Origin: Octopus vulgaris
Lineage: Eukaryota
NCBI GenBank assembly: GCA_951406725.2
Contig: OX597819.1
Location: 105,772,001-105,836,000, forward strand
DNA: 64,000 bases
Reading direction: 5' to 3'
A program made the position numbers and the translations under genes. The notes under the pieces were generated by a model. The model made no database searches, was not told the DNA's origin, and saw only the letters and a program-made list of their open reading frames with translations. Below, piece by piece: positions 28,111-40,877 of this stretch (positions are counted from its first letter, which is position 1; every line of letters starts with the position of its first letter).

Positions 28111-28378
28111 CATATTCGTGCGTACACACACTCACACACATACACAGACGCACAAACACACATACAGGTATAAGTATGTGTGTTTATATATATATATATA
28201 TACATGTATATGTATGTATATATATATATACACATGTATATGTATGTATGTATATATATATATATACATGTATATGTATGTATATATATATATATATACA
28301 TGTATATGTATGTATGTATATATATATACATGTATATGTATGTATATATATATATATATACATGTATATGTATGTATG

Positions 28379-28431
<53 letters not shown>

Positions 28432-28432
28432 G

Positions 28433-28488
<56 letters not shown>

Positions 28489-28491
<3 letters not shown>

Positions 28492-29635
28492 GTAAAGAGT
28501 GAAAAAACGACAGAAGGCTTAAATGTTAAAAAATATATATATTTGCGTCAATATGTCTGAAGAATATTAGAAAATTTTTTAAACAATTTTTTTTCCTTTA
28601 TAATGACATAATTTTTAAAGAAAGACCGGTTTCGCATTTAGCTTTTCAAATTTCTTGTGACGTTATGTTTATGTTTAATAGAGTTATCCTTGTGTTTAAG
28701 CTCCGGAGAGTTCTAAATAAGGGAAGGTAGTGGGTGATTTCTTCCGGTGTAAGGGAGATAATCGCTTAAAAATTTTTTTCCTTTCCCTTAATGTGAATTT
28801 CTCTGTATCAGTATGTTCGGATGGTTGAGTCTGGGCTTGTACTTTTCAATGAAGAATGTTTCCTTGTTTAGTCTAATTTGTGTTGATGATCCGAAAGCAC
28901 ATTGGTAAAATGGAAAGATTAAAAATTGTGGTAGTAGTTGCTTTGCGCATTTCTCAATGTGCTCACTAAAAGGTATCATTCTATATTCTGGGAATGCAAT
29001 CTGTTGTCGATGCAGTGTGCATCTACGTCTGAGTGATAGTCCCGTGGAACCCACGTAGTCTTGGTGGCAGCCCGAGCATTTTATGACATAAATTATGTTT
29101 TCAGAGGCACAAGTAAAGTTAGATTTGATCTTGAATTTCTGTCCCTCTTTAAAGAGGAATTCTGATCCTTCTAGCAAACACCCTAATTGACAGACATTAC
29201 CCAGCTCAACTCATAGAGGATGGGATCAGACGTGCAACAGAAATCAACATAGAAACTTTAAGAAAAGTTCAACACAACAACACACCTTCCCCGAAAATAC
29301 TACCTTACATATCTACATACAACCCCAGAAACAAAGAAGCTTTCACCATCATCACCCAGAATTTACCAATACTTCATAAAAACCCCAAATTAAAGGAAAT
29401 TCTAAACATACACCAAATCATTAAAAGCTACAAACAGCCTAAATCACTTAAAAAGATTCTCACAAAGGCAAAATTGTCTTCTGAAATTACGGATGCAAAA
29501 GTAAAAAAATGTGGTAGATCGAACTGTGCAACATGTCCTAACCTGCTAGAAGGATCAGAATTCCTCTTTAAAGAGGGACAGAAATTCAAGATCAAATCTA
29601 ACTTTACTTGTGCCTCTGAAAACATAATTTATGTT
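28489..29635. mobile_element. 5'-truncated, inverted Penelope-like element (GIY-YIG end plus pLTR on minus; inverted ORF segment on plus)
   Basis: ORF 28788-29177 (minus) contains NIIYVIKCSGCHQDYVGST. 29176-29635 is an inverted segment of the same ORF. It is a close relative of the 38.3-40.5 kb element, and the pLTR abuts (TA)n. Confidence 0.9.
28618..28656 (-). ncRNA. Minimal HHR, U3-A8 core, in Penelope pLTR
   Basis: aagaaat TTGAAAA gc-taaat-gc GAA accggt c tttctt; GUC triplet. Confidence 0.6.
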
Positions 29636-30003
29636 TTTCGAGTTAAGTCGTGTTTCCTGGGACCAATTAACAACTTAGAGTGAGGTATACCTCTCCCCCA
29701 TCTGTCTCTCTATATATGCATACATTTTAGAAAGTGTGTCAAGGGAGGAGAATTTCGTTCATGACACATGCTAAAGAGTTTGAAGTGTCCGATGTGTGAA
29801 TTTATCGGCCTTTGATTCACCTTTGTAACTTTTTGTTATTTAAAGATAAAAGAAAAATGGTGTAGTCATGTATTCAGCTATATTTCTTCTGTCTGCTCTT
29901 GCAAACATTCCAGACACTGACACTAACATACACACACACACACGCACACACACAAACACGAACACATATACACACACAAATATGCAAATGTATATGCATA
30001 TAT

Positions 30004-30306
30004 GTGGAGGCACATGGCCTAGTGGTTAGAGCAGCGGACTCGCAGTCGAGGGATTGCGGGTTCGAATCTCAGACCGGGCGATGTGTGTGTTTATGAGCGA
30101 AACACCTAAGCTCCACGCGGCTCCGGCAGAAGGTAATGGCGAACTTCTGTTAACTCTTTCGCCACAACTTTCTCTCAATCTTTCCTACTGCATCTTGCAG
30201 CTCACCTGCGACAGACCGGCGTCCTGTCCGGGTGAGGAACTTATACGCCAAGAAAACTGGGAAACCGGCCCTTATGAGCCAGGCATGGCTCGAGAATGAA
30301 CAAACA
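30004..30306 (+). mobile_element. tRNA-derived SINE, family B head with a different tail
   Basis: A/B-box-like head tggcctagtggttagagcagcggactc...gggttcgaatctc. Confidence 0.75.
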
Positions 30307-30616
30307 TATACTTATATACGTATATGTAAAAGTATGTGTGATTGCATTAATTATATCAGGTCACAGATTAGTGCTTGTCGTAACACTTAATCTAATACAA
30401 CTTTTATCATAGTAAGATTACCATCGACTAAATCCATAAGGATAATCACTCAAAAAACTTAACTTCTGAAAGGGCGGATGAACTGAGTATCAGGTCAATG
30501 GTTTAGCTAGTACAATGAAGACTACGCATAGAAGAACTAGAAATAGTGAATGAACTCGCTGGAATATCGCTGCAATAAAACTCAGGAGGGATGAGCATCT
30601 AGTGCTAGCCAAAAAG

Positions 30617-31012
30617 GTGTTCCTTCGATTTAACTCGACAAAATCAAAACAAACATTCGACTCTTTCCGTGACAACTCGACATTTCACTTCGGATATCTT
30701 CGTGACAGTTGCTGAAATGGAAGGAAGAGAAGAAGGCTAATGGATTTTGTGTGCGTGCTTGTTCTTGTTAGTGTGTCGGCGTGTGTGTGCTTGTTCTTGT
30801 CTGTGTGTCTGTGCGTTGACAAGAATAAGCACGCACACACAGAGACACACAGACAAGAACAAGCACGTACACAACCCATTAGCTTTCTTCTCCTCCTCCC
30901 ATTTTAGCAGCCGTCACGGAGGTCTCGAAGATATCCGAAATGAATTGACGAGTTATCACGGAAACAGTCGAATGTTTGTTTTGGTTTTGTCGAATTATAT
31001 CGAAGGAACGCC
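30617..31012. mobile_element. MITE/fold-back palindrome of about 400 bp
   Basis: gttccttcgatttaactcgacaaaatcaaaacaaacattcgact is inverted against agtcgaatgtttgttttggttttgtcgaattatatcgaaggaac; complementarity continues to a centre near 30815. Confidence 0.75.
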
Positions 31013-31189
31013 GCCAAAAATTCCACAAAGAGTACGAAAAACTGAGTATTTTTACCTCCTCCTGTCTTGTGGGTAGCCTTGATTTCTGAAATCTAGTAAT
31101 CGGAAACTAATATAAAATTTCGCTTAATGCTCCAACAACACTAGGATACTAGGATTTGGCAACTGATAATTACGAACTGGTATTTGTGT

Positions 31190-31720
31190 TGAAGTTGCGT
31201 TTGTTACCATGATCTTTAGCATGTGCCGTTCTTCTACTAACGACATCATTGACATACCAAAACTTCTTTCATCGAGTTTCACTATGCTTTAAAAACTTAG
31301 ATCTTTCATGATAGATCATTCACATTGTGAATACTTGATTAACTGAGGGGAATGCATATATCATTGCTGTAATTCACTGGTTCAAACCACATAGTGAATC
31401 TCACATTCCTTTTGTTACTGACCACTTCCTGAGAAGAAAGTGTCTGTAATATTATTATAAAATGTCGAGAAAATCCCATTTCTGCCATCACTGGACATAA
31501 TTTGTGATGAATAATTGTGTCACGTGCTTTTTGATAGCCAATAAAAGCAATAAGCAATTCTTTGTCACGCTCTCTCAAGTTCTATGGATAACCATCTTTA
31601 GATTAAGAACAGCACCTGGCCTTCCTTTCGCTGTTCTAAAAGTGACTTGTTCTGCTATTTCCATTTTACGTTTGATTTTAATTTTATTAGCAAGCCTTGA
31701 AATTTTGATTGATGCATTTG
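31190..31720 (-). mobile_element. Decayed RTE-like LINE RT fragment
   Basis: ORF 31339-31578 IAFIGYQKARDTIIHHKLCPVMAEMG matches the RT motif FIDYxKAFDxV. Confidence 0.6.
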
Positions 31721-31844
31721 TTTGGCTGTATTTGTATTGGTGTATGTATGTATGCAAGTATGTAAATATGTATGTGTGTATGTGTGTGTCTGTTTCTGTA
31801 TATATTTGTGTACATAAATATTTGCGATGCATGCATGTATGGAT

Positions 31845-31894
<50 letters not shown>

Positions 31895-31952
31895 ACCTAT
31901 CTATCTATATCTATATCTCTCCTTTTTTTCTCTCCTTGTTTTTTTCTGTGTA

Positions 31953-31990
31953 TCTTTCTGTAGAAGAGCGTAGGCTCGAAACGTAAAAGA
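31953..31990 (+). ncRNA. Minimal hammerhead-like motif, A6U core variant, in pLTR-like repeat 31915-32085
   Basis: tcttt CTGTAGA a gagc-gtag-gctc GAA acgt a aaaga; GUA triplet. Confidence 0.55.
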
Positions 31991-32407
31991 CTTTTTCTAT
32001 TCCTGAGCGCTATGCTAATACATTTGTTTGTTTGTGCTCCACCTGTCTTCGTCTTTTGTTTATTTTCGTAAACTTTCCCTTTATATGTATATCTATATAT
32101 ATATAACTGCATACGTATGGATACGTATATGTATATATCAATATACATGTATATATACATATACATGTAACTATATACATAAATACAAATACAACTATAT
32201 ATATATATGTATATATATATATACACACACACATGCGAATATACATTATACATGCATACGTATGTATGTATGCATGTATATATGTATGTATATATTTATG
32301 TATATACATGCATGTATGTATGCATGTATGTATGTATATATTTATGTATATACATGTATGTATGTATGTATGTATGCGTGGGTGACCGCAAAATAAGCTC
32401 AATATTT

Positions 32408-33582
32408 TAGACCATCCCATAAATAATGCGTTTTTTCAATTGCATGAACTAAAAGTCGGAGAGGGACGGGTTAAACCACCTGCATGAATTTGCTATAAAA
32501 GTAGGTCGTAATTTCATCTTGTGCTTCTTGGTACAAGGTTTGAAGAGTGCAGTTCGATTTTAACAGTTATTTTCAAATCTATAATGGAAGTGACAAAGGT
32601 GCATATGCTTTATGAGTTCAATAAAGGCAACAACGCAACGGAAAGTGCCAGGAATATTAATGCAGTATATGAGGATCGGACAATAAGCGTAAGCCAGTGT
32701 CAATGGTGGTTCCGGAAATTCCGAGCCCGAAACTGCAGCCTAGAAGACGAGTTTCGTCCTGGAAAATCTGTAGAGCTCGACGAGAATGTCCTGCAAACCT
32801 CGGGGTAACAAAATTCCATCGTAACTGTTGAGGAACTAGCAGAAAAGCTTGGATACATCGACACCTGTGTGCCATCGGAAAAGTCAGCAAATTGGGTCAG
32901 TGGGTTCCTCACAAGCTCTCCCGGTCTAATCGCTCGCAGAGAGTGAATGTGTGCTCTTTTTGCTGTTACGTTTCACGAACGAACCTTTTTTGGACCGAAT
33001 AGTGACGGGTAACGAGAAACGTGTTCTTTATAAAAATGTCAAGCGCCGAAGATTGTGGGTATGGAAAGGAGAAACACCGGCACACCAGGCTAAAGAATGT
33101 CTTCCCCCACGTAAGATGTTGTTATCCAAACGATAACAAAGGAGACCTACTATGAGCAGCTTGAACGCCAGTAGAAAAACGGTCATCTTTGGTTTCAAGA
33201 AGAAAGGTGTTCTTCTATCAAGATAATGTTCGTTCACATGCAGCGGGGATGACATTCCATAAGCTGGCGCAGTTTGAATGGGAAACGATACCCCACCCAC
33301 CGTATTCACCGGACATTACCCCATCTGATTATCATTTAATCCTCAGTCATCAAAATAATTTAGACGGAAAAATATGATTTCTGTAGACGAAGTCAGAATA
33401 GTACTGGACGAGTATTTTTCGTCACGGACAAGCGAATTCTGGAAGTCTACCAGATAGATGGAAGAGCATTGTAGAAAAGGAAGGAGAATATATTTTAGAT
33501 TAAAAAAGAACCTTGTTTAACTTAATTTTGAAAAAATATAATAAGTATTTAAAAACCGTATTATTTTTAGGAAGACCCTATA
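32408..33582 (+). mobile_element. Full-length but decayed mariner transposon (transposase pseudogene)
   Basis: MLYEFNKGNNATESARNIN (HTH), FLDRIVTGNEK, YQDNVRSH and HPPYSPDITPSDYHL occur in shifted frames; diverged ~30-bp TIRs at about 32408-32437 and 33551-33580. Confidence 0.85.
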
Positions 33583-33599
33583 TATTACACAGAGTAATG

Positions 33600-34450
33600 C
33601 TCAAACGAATATGAAATTAAATTCCAACTTCTTCATCCAGAGCTAGCATTTCAGCAGCAAAAGTGGTTAAAAGTGCGATCCTAATTGAGTTGTTATGGAG
33701 GTAGTAAGGTAGATAAAAACACTTAGGCTTATTTACATGGAGCACAAAATACAGATAATAAACAAAAGAAAATAGGTAATGGGGGTGATGTGAATGTGGT
33801 GTGGTATCCATGAAGAGAGGTAGGTGTCAGATGAAGGGAGGAGGGGTGTGGAGCCCATGTGGTGCAAATGATCGAAGAGAGAAGATTTATTCTTGTTCAC
33901 GTTGAAGGCGGGAGTCCGGATGACCCCTGTGCAAATATAGTCTGAACACAGACAGATGTAGTGATTGACCGGTAGTGGGGAAATGACGCGAGACCGGGGT
34001 GTCATTGCCGAGTCTGGTGTCTTGGAGGTACTCCGGAAACCAGTCAGCCAAACGGTATCCCGTTTGACTGATGCACAGAAAGAGGGTAGAAAGAGGGTAG
34101 AAAGAGCAGGAGATACAGTAAATGACGTTGCTAGAAGTGTAGATAAAGGAGTCGGTGATATGATAGAGACGATGAAGGGTGCCTGTGAGGATGGTGGTAT
34201 TGGAAAGGTAGGGCAAGTGTGGAAGCGTGGGCGGGAGCAGTGGACGAACCAGGCTGGGAGGTGGGATTAGGGAAGAAACTGTGGACCAAGAGGTCACGCA
34301 GATTCTGGACTCATTTGAAGGAGAGAAGGGCTAGGTTGGGGGGAGATGTGCGAGGTGGAGGGGTCGGAATGGAGTCGCCGGAAGGCTCGGAGAATGAACC
34401 GTTGGAGAGGCAGGATGGAGGGTAGCAGGTGAGGGAAACAGGAGACGGGC
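33600..34450 (-). mobile_element. Decayed Penelope-like element of a second family (GIY-YIG remnant)
   Basis: ORF 33887-34297 reads ITDSFIYTSSNVIYCISC...QTGYRLADWFPEYLQD...PVSRHF. Confidence 0.7.
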
Positions 34451-34457
34451 TACCTAC

Positions 34458-34557
<100 letters not shown>

Positions 34558-36535
34558 GCCTAAAGATGGACAGATAAACTCGTCATAGGCTGAATGACTG
34601 CCAACAATACTGTCCAATGACATATGTTACTATTTTCTTAGATTACTTGCCACTTTAAAATCTAATATTTAAAAGTAAGAATCTTGTTGATTGTCGTATC
34701 AGATGAAATAAATTGAAACCGACTTTGTCCATTTTATTTGTGAGTATTTATGTAAATATAGGAAATTGCTTCTGAATGTGTATTTTCCAGAACGAAATTG
34801 ATTTTGTATGTATCCTTCTAAAAGTGTTTGTTTCATTCGATGAAAACATAATACAAACAACCGGTGGATAGTGGGTGGTAGTTGATAAAATAACGAGCCA
34901 GTCCAGAAGTGGTGTAGTGGCGAAGGAGTGAGTCGGATGAGATGTTTTGCAGTATTTGTTAAGGCTTTCTGCGATCTTAGTTCAAATCCCGTCTAGAGCA
35001 GTATCTGCTACTACACGTCTCTTAAAACAGTAATAGATGAAACGTATCAGATATCGAAATATTTGACATAATCTATTTTTGTTGCATCACCAACGCCCAA
35101 CATTGAAGATTTCATATAAGTTATCTGGTATACTGATATGGATTTACTTCCTTTAGTTTCTATGTACAAAGACACGTGAAAAGAAAGGATTTTACTGAAA
35201 TCGATGTACATAAATATATCATGAAGTTTTCACTGGAACAGTATTGAATGGCGCATAGGTTTAACGTATTTCAGCATTAAATTCCGTCCCTTTATGAAAA
35301 CCAATCCTATTTTTTATATTTAGTCTTTAGAAAGTAGAACAAAATGCTTTGCAGTATTTGTTCCGGATGTCCCCTTTCTGAGTTCAAATCTCGCTGACTT
35401 CAACTTTACTTTCCACCAGTCAACAGAAAGTACCAGTGCAGGGTGAATTTTCACGGAATTCTTAGTGCGTCGTAAGGAGATGCAGAGACGTAGCTCTTAG
35501 CGCTCGGAGTTCATGTGCGATTTACTTAATCCGTCGTCCTGTTTCGCATCACCACTTGTTCTTGTGTGATCTAAGGAAGAATTCACTCCATTGCAAGCAT
35601 TCGGGTTTGGTATTTGCTTTTACTTATCCTGCCATCTGTCTCAAGCTCTTTACGAATAAAGGATCATGGCAAGCACATACTACTGTATGATTCAACAATT
35701 GGATTAGTTCAGAGTGTATTTTAAGCAGATTTTGAGCTAGCATATATGGAAGAGATTGTTAATGCCTTCCAAAAAAGGAGAGTAATGGGAAGAGCAAAAA
35801 CTACATATGCGCATAGACAACTTTTGCAAAGTGTAGTTTGAGGTAAAATTTTAAACTGGACAGTGTGGTTTGTATTAAAAGTGATGTGTAGACTAAAGCT
35901 TGAGGAGGAGTCCACGGATATCATGGAAGAGAAAGAAGACTGATCAGAGAATTTTGTTTTCGTTTTTGGCATCAATAAGTACGTACCAGTAAATCATGAA
36001 AGTCCGATAACTCCTCCGCTTGCATAAAAAAAATGATTGCACGACGGGATACTGAATGTTCCTGGCTTTGGTTAAAAGCAAACACAGGAGGACCAGTTAA
36101 TCATGATTTTATTCAACATGTTCCCTTCTCAGATTTACAGACTTATTGCAGCGGTCCTTTAGTTTTTCTAAGCCCTGTAAAAAAAAATCAGAAGGTTGAG
36201 GCTTCAAACAAGGCTTTCACGATGTCCTTAAAACTAGGAACTTTTCATCGTTTCTTTGTATTAAACCAGGCAGTATGGATGTGTTTATCTTTCACTCTTG
36301 AACTAAAACTATATTAAATATATTATATAGTATATACTGTGTTAGTTGTATAACATATTGTATATTCTATATTGTACACACAATGCACTATTATAAGAGT
36401 ATATTTCATACACTACTTTATATTGTATCATTCAATTATATATATATATTTTATACATCATACTATCTACTTTTTCAAGAAGATAAACTATACCAAATTC
36501 TGTAATGTACAAGAAACAGATGCTGTATACGTACA

Positions 36536-36582
<47 letters not shown>

Positions 36583-37355
36583 ACACACACAAGCGCAAGC
36601 ACACACACACACGCACACACATACGCACACACATGCACAAACACATACATACACACCCATGCACACATACTCACACACTCATATACATATGTATGCACAC
36701 ATCTATATATATATATATGCATGCATACAGGTAGAACTGCATATACACATACACACTTTATTAGATTTGTATCGCTTATTCTTTGGAAGCCTGAAGAAGG
36801 ATATTTTGGTAAAGGAGACTGAGTTTCCAATACTCAAATTCGCAAAAGAGGGCGCTTGAGGCATCATTCTAAACAGAACGTGTCGAGTATTCAACATTGG
36901 ATATAATTAAAGGTAGAAAACACGGCCATAGAAGAAGGATGTTGAATAGGGTCGGCAATGTGAACGACGTTTGAAAATGTTACGGATAGTCTGCTGCAGG
37001 GCACCTACTTCTCTCTCAGGAAACGACCAAATTGAGAGATTTCTGTCTTTCTCTAACACACACACACAAACACACACAAGGAACAAAACACACGTATACT
37101 AAAAAATGCACGTATGCATTTATATACATATATACATGCACGCATTCACTCACAATTAGATATTTGCATACACCCATAGACCATACAGATCTATCTATTT
37201 GTGCATCCATATCTCTCTGTCTCTCTGCCTATCTGTCTGTCTCTCCCTCTCCTCTGGTCTCCCACCCATTCTCTCGTCTCTATAGCGTTATATTCATACA
37301 ATATGTATGTATAAAAATACACACATTTATATGTACTTATATGTATACACACACA

Positions 37356-37443
<88 letters not shown>

Positions 37444-38449
37444 CACCTATCTATATATATATATATGTTTACACAAACACGTATATACAAGGACGCACAC
37501 ATACACACATAAAACACGCTTAACAGATAAATGCTGGAATACGGAATGAATGACACCATTTACTTAAAATTACTGTAATTCATTCGACACGTTTTTACAC
37601 GTGTGGTACATTGGTGAGATGTGTAATCTTAATAATCTATCCAAGGTGTAAAATGTGCCTCCCCAGGTGATTATTTGTATAAATCCTTCTTTATGTCCTA
37701 CCAAAGTGATGTGCTATTTTCAGCAGTTTACACACGAAAATAAATCCATAGATATATTGACAGGCAAAATACAATTATAATCCAAATAAAAATTACACAA
37801 ATAAGTAAATAAAGATGACAAAAAAGGCTTGGTAAACTATACAGTACGGTTCTATCTTCTTGGTTAGATTATAAGGAAGAAAGTGCGAAACAGAATGAAG
37901 AATAAAAAAATTCAGTATTTAGAGATAATAAAGTGGTGAAAACTGATAATTTCATTACTTATCGACTACTTGTTTGTTTCTACGAAAGATCTACATTATC
38001 CCCTGTCTCTCGCAAAGACAGGTTCAATTCTACACTGGAATCTACCTCTATTTAAAGCTAATTTATTACCATCTAGCTGTTATACATTTTTGAAACAATT
38101 AGAAAAGTATAAAATAGTAGATATCCTTACGTCCCCCTGTATACATATTGTTCCATATACCCACCGACAAGGTAGTATATATTACATACATACATATCTA
38201 CATACATATATACATAAATATATACATGCATACATACATTCATACGTACGTAAATATATATATATATATATAGATAAGAAAGTTTGTTTGGTAAAGCACG
38301 TGGGTGAATATATAAGAAAATAGTAAAGTGTGAAAAAACGACAGAAGGCTTAAATGTTAAAAAATATATATATTTGTGTCAAAATGTCTGGAGAATATTG
38401 GACAAATTTTTTTTCCTTTCCTTAAAATGACATAATTTTAAAATTTTTA

Positions 38450-38489
38450 AAGAAATTACCGGTTTCGCGTGTAGCTTTTCAAATTTCTT
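38450..38489 (-). ncRNA. Minimal HHR, U3-A8 core
   Basis: Exact reverse complement of 40341-40380. Confidence 0.7.
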
Positions 38490-38624
38490 GTGACGTTATG
38501 TTTATATTGCATGGAATTATCGTTGTTTTTATTTCCAGGAGATTTCTAAATAAGGGGAGGTAGTGAGTGATTTTTTCCGGTGTAGGGGAGATAATCGCTT
38601 AAAAATTTTTTTCCCATTTCCTTG

Positions 38625-39725
38625 TTAATTTCTCTGTGTCAGTATGTTCGGATGGTTGAGTCTGGGTTTGTACTTTTCAATGAAGAATGTTTCCTTGTTC
38701 AGTCTCATTTGTGTTGATGATCCGAAAGCACATTGGTAAAATGGGAAGATTAAAAATTGTGGCAGTAGTTGCTTTGCGCATTTCTCAATGTGCTCACTAA
38801 AAGGTATCATTCTATATTCTGGGAATGCAATCTGTTGTCGATGCAGTGTGCATCTGCGCCTGAGTGATAGTCCCGTGGAACCCACGTAGTCTTGGTGGCA
38901 GCCCGAGCATTTAATAACATAAATTATGTTTTCAGAGGCACAAGTAAAGTTAGATTTGATCTTAAATTTCTGTCCCTCTTTAAAGAAGAATTCTGATCCT
39001 TCCAATAGGTTAGGACATGTTGCACAGTTCGATCTACCACATTTTTTTACTTTTGCATCCGTCATTTTAGAAGACAATTTTGCCTTTGTGAGAATCTTTT
39101 TAAGTGATTTAGGCTGTTTGTAGCTTTTAATGATTTGGTGTATGTTTAGAATTTCCTTTAATTTTGGGTTTTTATGAAGTATTGGTAAATTCTGGGTGAT
39201 GATGGTGAAGGCTTCTTTGTTTCTGGGGTTGTATGTAGATATGTAAGGTAGTATTTTCGGGGAAGGTGTGTTGTTGTGTTGAACTTTTCTTAAAGTTTCT
39301 ATGTTGATTTCTGTTGCACGTCTGATCCCATCCTCTATGAGTTGAGCTGGGTAATGTCTGTCAATTAGGGTGTTTTTGAGTTCTTGCAGTCTAAAGTTCC
39401 TGGTATTTTGTTCTGACACTATTGTGCATATCCTTCTTGCAAGGTTGAAGGGGATGTTTGTTTTAGTGTGTCTTGGGTGGCATGAATTAAAAAGAAGGTA
39501 TTGTTTGGCGTCTGTGGCTTTGTAAAAAATGTCTGTTTCTATTTTAAGGTTAATTTTTTTAATTAGTATATCCAAGAACGGGAGCTCCTTTTGGTTGTAT
39601 TCCATTGTGAACTGTATATTTGGGTTTATGCTGTTCAATAGGTTTTTAAATTTTAGGAGTTTATCTATGTTTTCATTCCAGAGAATGAAACAATCGTCTA
39701 GGAATCGTTTCCAATTCTCTTTCAC
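38625..39725 (-). CDS. Penelope-like RT C-terminal part plus GIY-YIG endonuclease (5'-truncated; no true start)
   Basis: Contains WKRFLDDCF (RT catalytic motif), LPFLDI, FYKATD..QYL..SCHP, the Cys linker CGRSNCATC, and IIYVIKC..C...YVGST...RCTLH. No stops. Confidence 0.88.
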   Translation of the reverse strand: MKENWKRFLDDCFILWNENIDKLLKFKNLLNSINPNIQFTMEYNQKELPFLDILIKKINLKIETDIFYKATDAKQYLLFNSCHPRHTKTNIPFNLARRICTIVSEQNTRNFRLQELKNTLIDRHYPAQLIEDGIRRATEINIETLRKVQHNNTPSPKILPYISTYNPRNKEAFTIITQNLPILHKNPKLKEILNIHQIIKSYKQPKSLKKILTKAKLSSKMTDAKVKKCGRSNCATCPNLLEGSEFFFKEGQKFKIKSNFTCASENIIYVIKCSGCHQDYVGSTGLSLRRRCTLHRQQIAFPEYRMIPFSEHIEKCAKQLLPQFLIFPFYQCAFGSSTQMRLNKETFFIEKYKPRLNHPNILTQRN

Positions 39726-39751
39726 TTAAAAAGATTCTCACAAAGGCAAAA

Positions 39752-40204
39752 TTGTCTTCTAAAATTACGGATGCAAAAGTAAAAAAATGTGGTAGATCGA
39801 ACTGTGCAACATGTCCTAACCTATTGGAAGGATCAGAATTCTTCTTTAAAGAGGGACAGAAATTTAAGATCAAATCTAACTTTACTTGTGCCTCTGAAAA
39901 CATAATTTATGTTATTAAATGCTCGGGCTGCCACCAAGACTACGTGGGTTCCACGGGACTATCACTCAGGCGCAGATGCACACTGCATCGACAACAGATT
40001 GCATTCCCAGAATATAGAATGATACCTTTTAGTGAGCACATTGAGAAATGCGCAAAGCAACTACTGCCACAATTTTTAATCTTCCCATTTTACCAATGTG
40101 CTTTCGGATCATCAACACAAATGAGACTAAACAAGGAAACATTCTTCATTGAAAAGTACAAACCCAGACTCAACCATCCGAACATACTGACACAGAGAAA
40201 TTAA
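39752..40204 (+). CDS. Inverted duplicate of the Penelope GIY-YIG domain (fragment)
   Basis: Peptide essentially identical to the C-terminal 150 aa of 38625-39725. Confidence 0.75.
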   Translation: MSSKITDAKVKKCGRSNCATCPNLLEGSEFFFKEGQKFKIKSNFTCASENIIYVIKCSGCHQDYVGSTGLSLRRRCTLHRQQIAFPEYRMIPFSEHIEKCAKQLLPQFLIFPFYQCAFGSSTQMRLNKETFFIEKYKPRLNHPNILTQRN

Positions 40205-40340
40205 CAAGGAAATGGGAAAAAAATTTTTTAAGCGATTATCTCCCCTACACCGGAAAAAATCACTCACTACCTCCCCTTATTTAGAAATCTCCTGGAAATA
40301 AAAACAACGATAATTCCATGCAATATAAACATAACGTCAC

Positions 40341-40380
40341 AAGAAATTTGAAAAGCTACACGCGAAACCGGTAATTTCTT
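40341..40380 (+). ncRNA. Minimal HHR, U3-A8 core
   Basis: aagaaat TTGAAAA gc-tacac-gc GAA accggt a atttctt: 7-bp helix I, palindromic ACCGGT helix III, GUA triplet. Confidence 0.7.
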
Positions 40381-40514
40381 TAAAAATTTTAAAATTATGT
40401 CATTTTAAGGAAAGGGAAAAAAAATTTGTCCAATATTCTCCAGACATTTTGACACAAATATATATATTTTTTAACATTTAAGCCTTCTGTCATTTTTTCA
40501 CACTTCACTATTTT

Positions 40515-40569
<55 letters not shown>

Positions 40570-40571
<2 letters not shown>

Positions 40572-40877
40572 CTGAGATGTACTTGCATAGCAAGTGATTT
40601 GATCTGAGATCGTGTGCTGAAACGAAAACAATTGCAGCGTGGAAGGTGTTTGTAAGCCATTTAAGAAACACACAAAAGCCGTTCGATTCACTTCAACATT
40701 TAAGTTTAATTTGTCAAATTATTTTCGTCGCTTTAAGACCGCGACCTGTTCACTGGCAAAAATCCGTGCTGGATTTTTGTCAGTGAACAGGTCGCGGTCT
40801 TAAAGCGATGAAAATATTTTGACAAATTAAACTTAAATGTTGAAGTGAATCGAACGGCTTTTGTGTGTTTCTCAATT

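Larger units (their letters stand above)
38309..40520. mobile_element. Young Penelope-like retroelement, 5'-truncated, with inverted (tail-out) duplication
   Basis: 39722-40520 is the near-perfect reverse complement of about 38311-39108. Junction microhomology is TCAC at 39722-39725. Both ends are at TA runs. Confidence 0.93.

Noticed and set aside
30004-30080. tRNA-like sequences (also at 48929, 49689 and 53537)
   Set aside because: These are SINE heads continuing into SINE bodies; no complete cloverleaf.
36785-36850. ctgaaga motif followed by a weak stem (also at 57169)
   Set aside because: No downstream GAAA, helix III or NUH, so probably a chance match.
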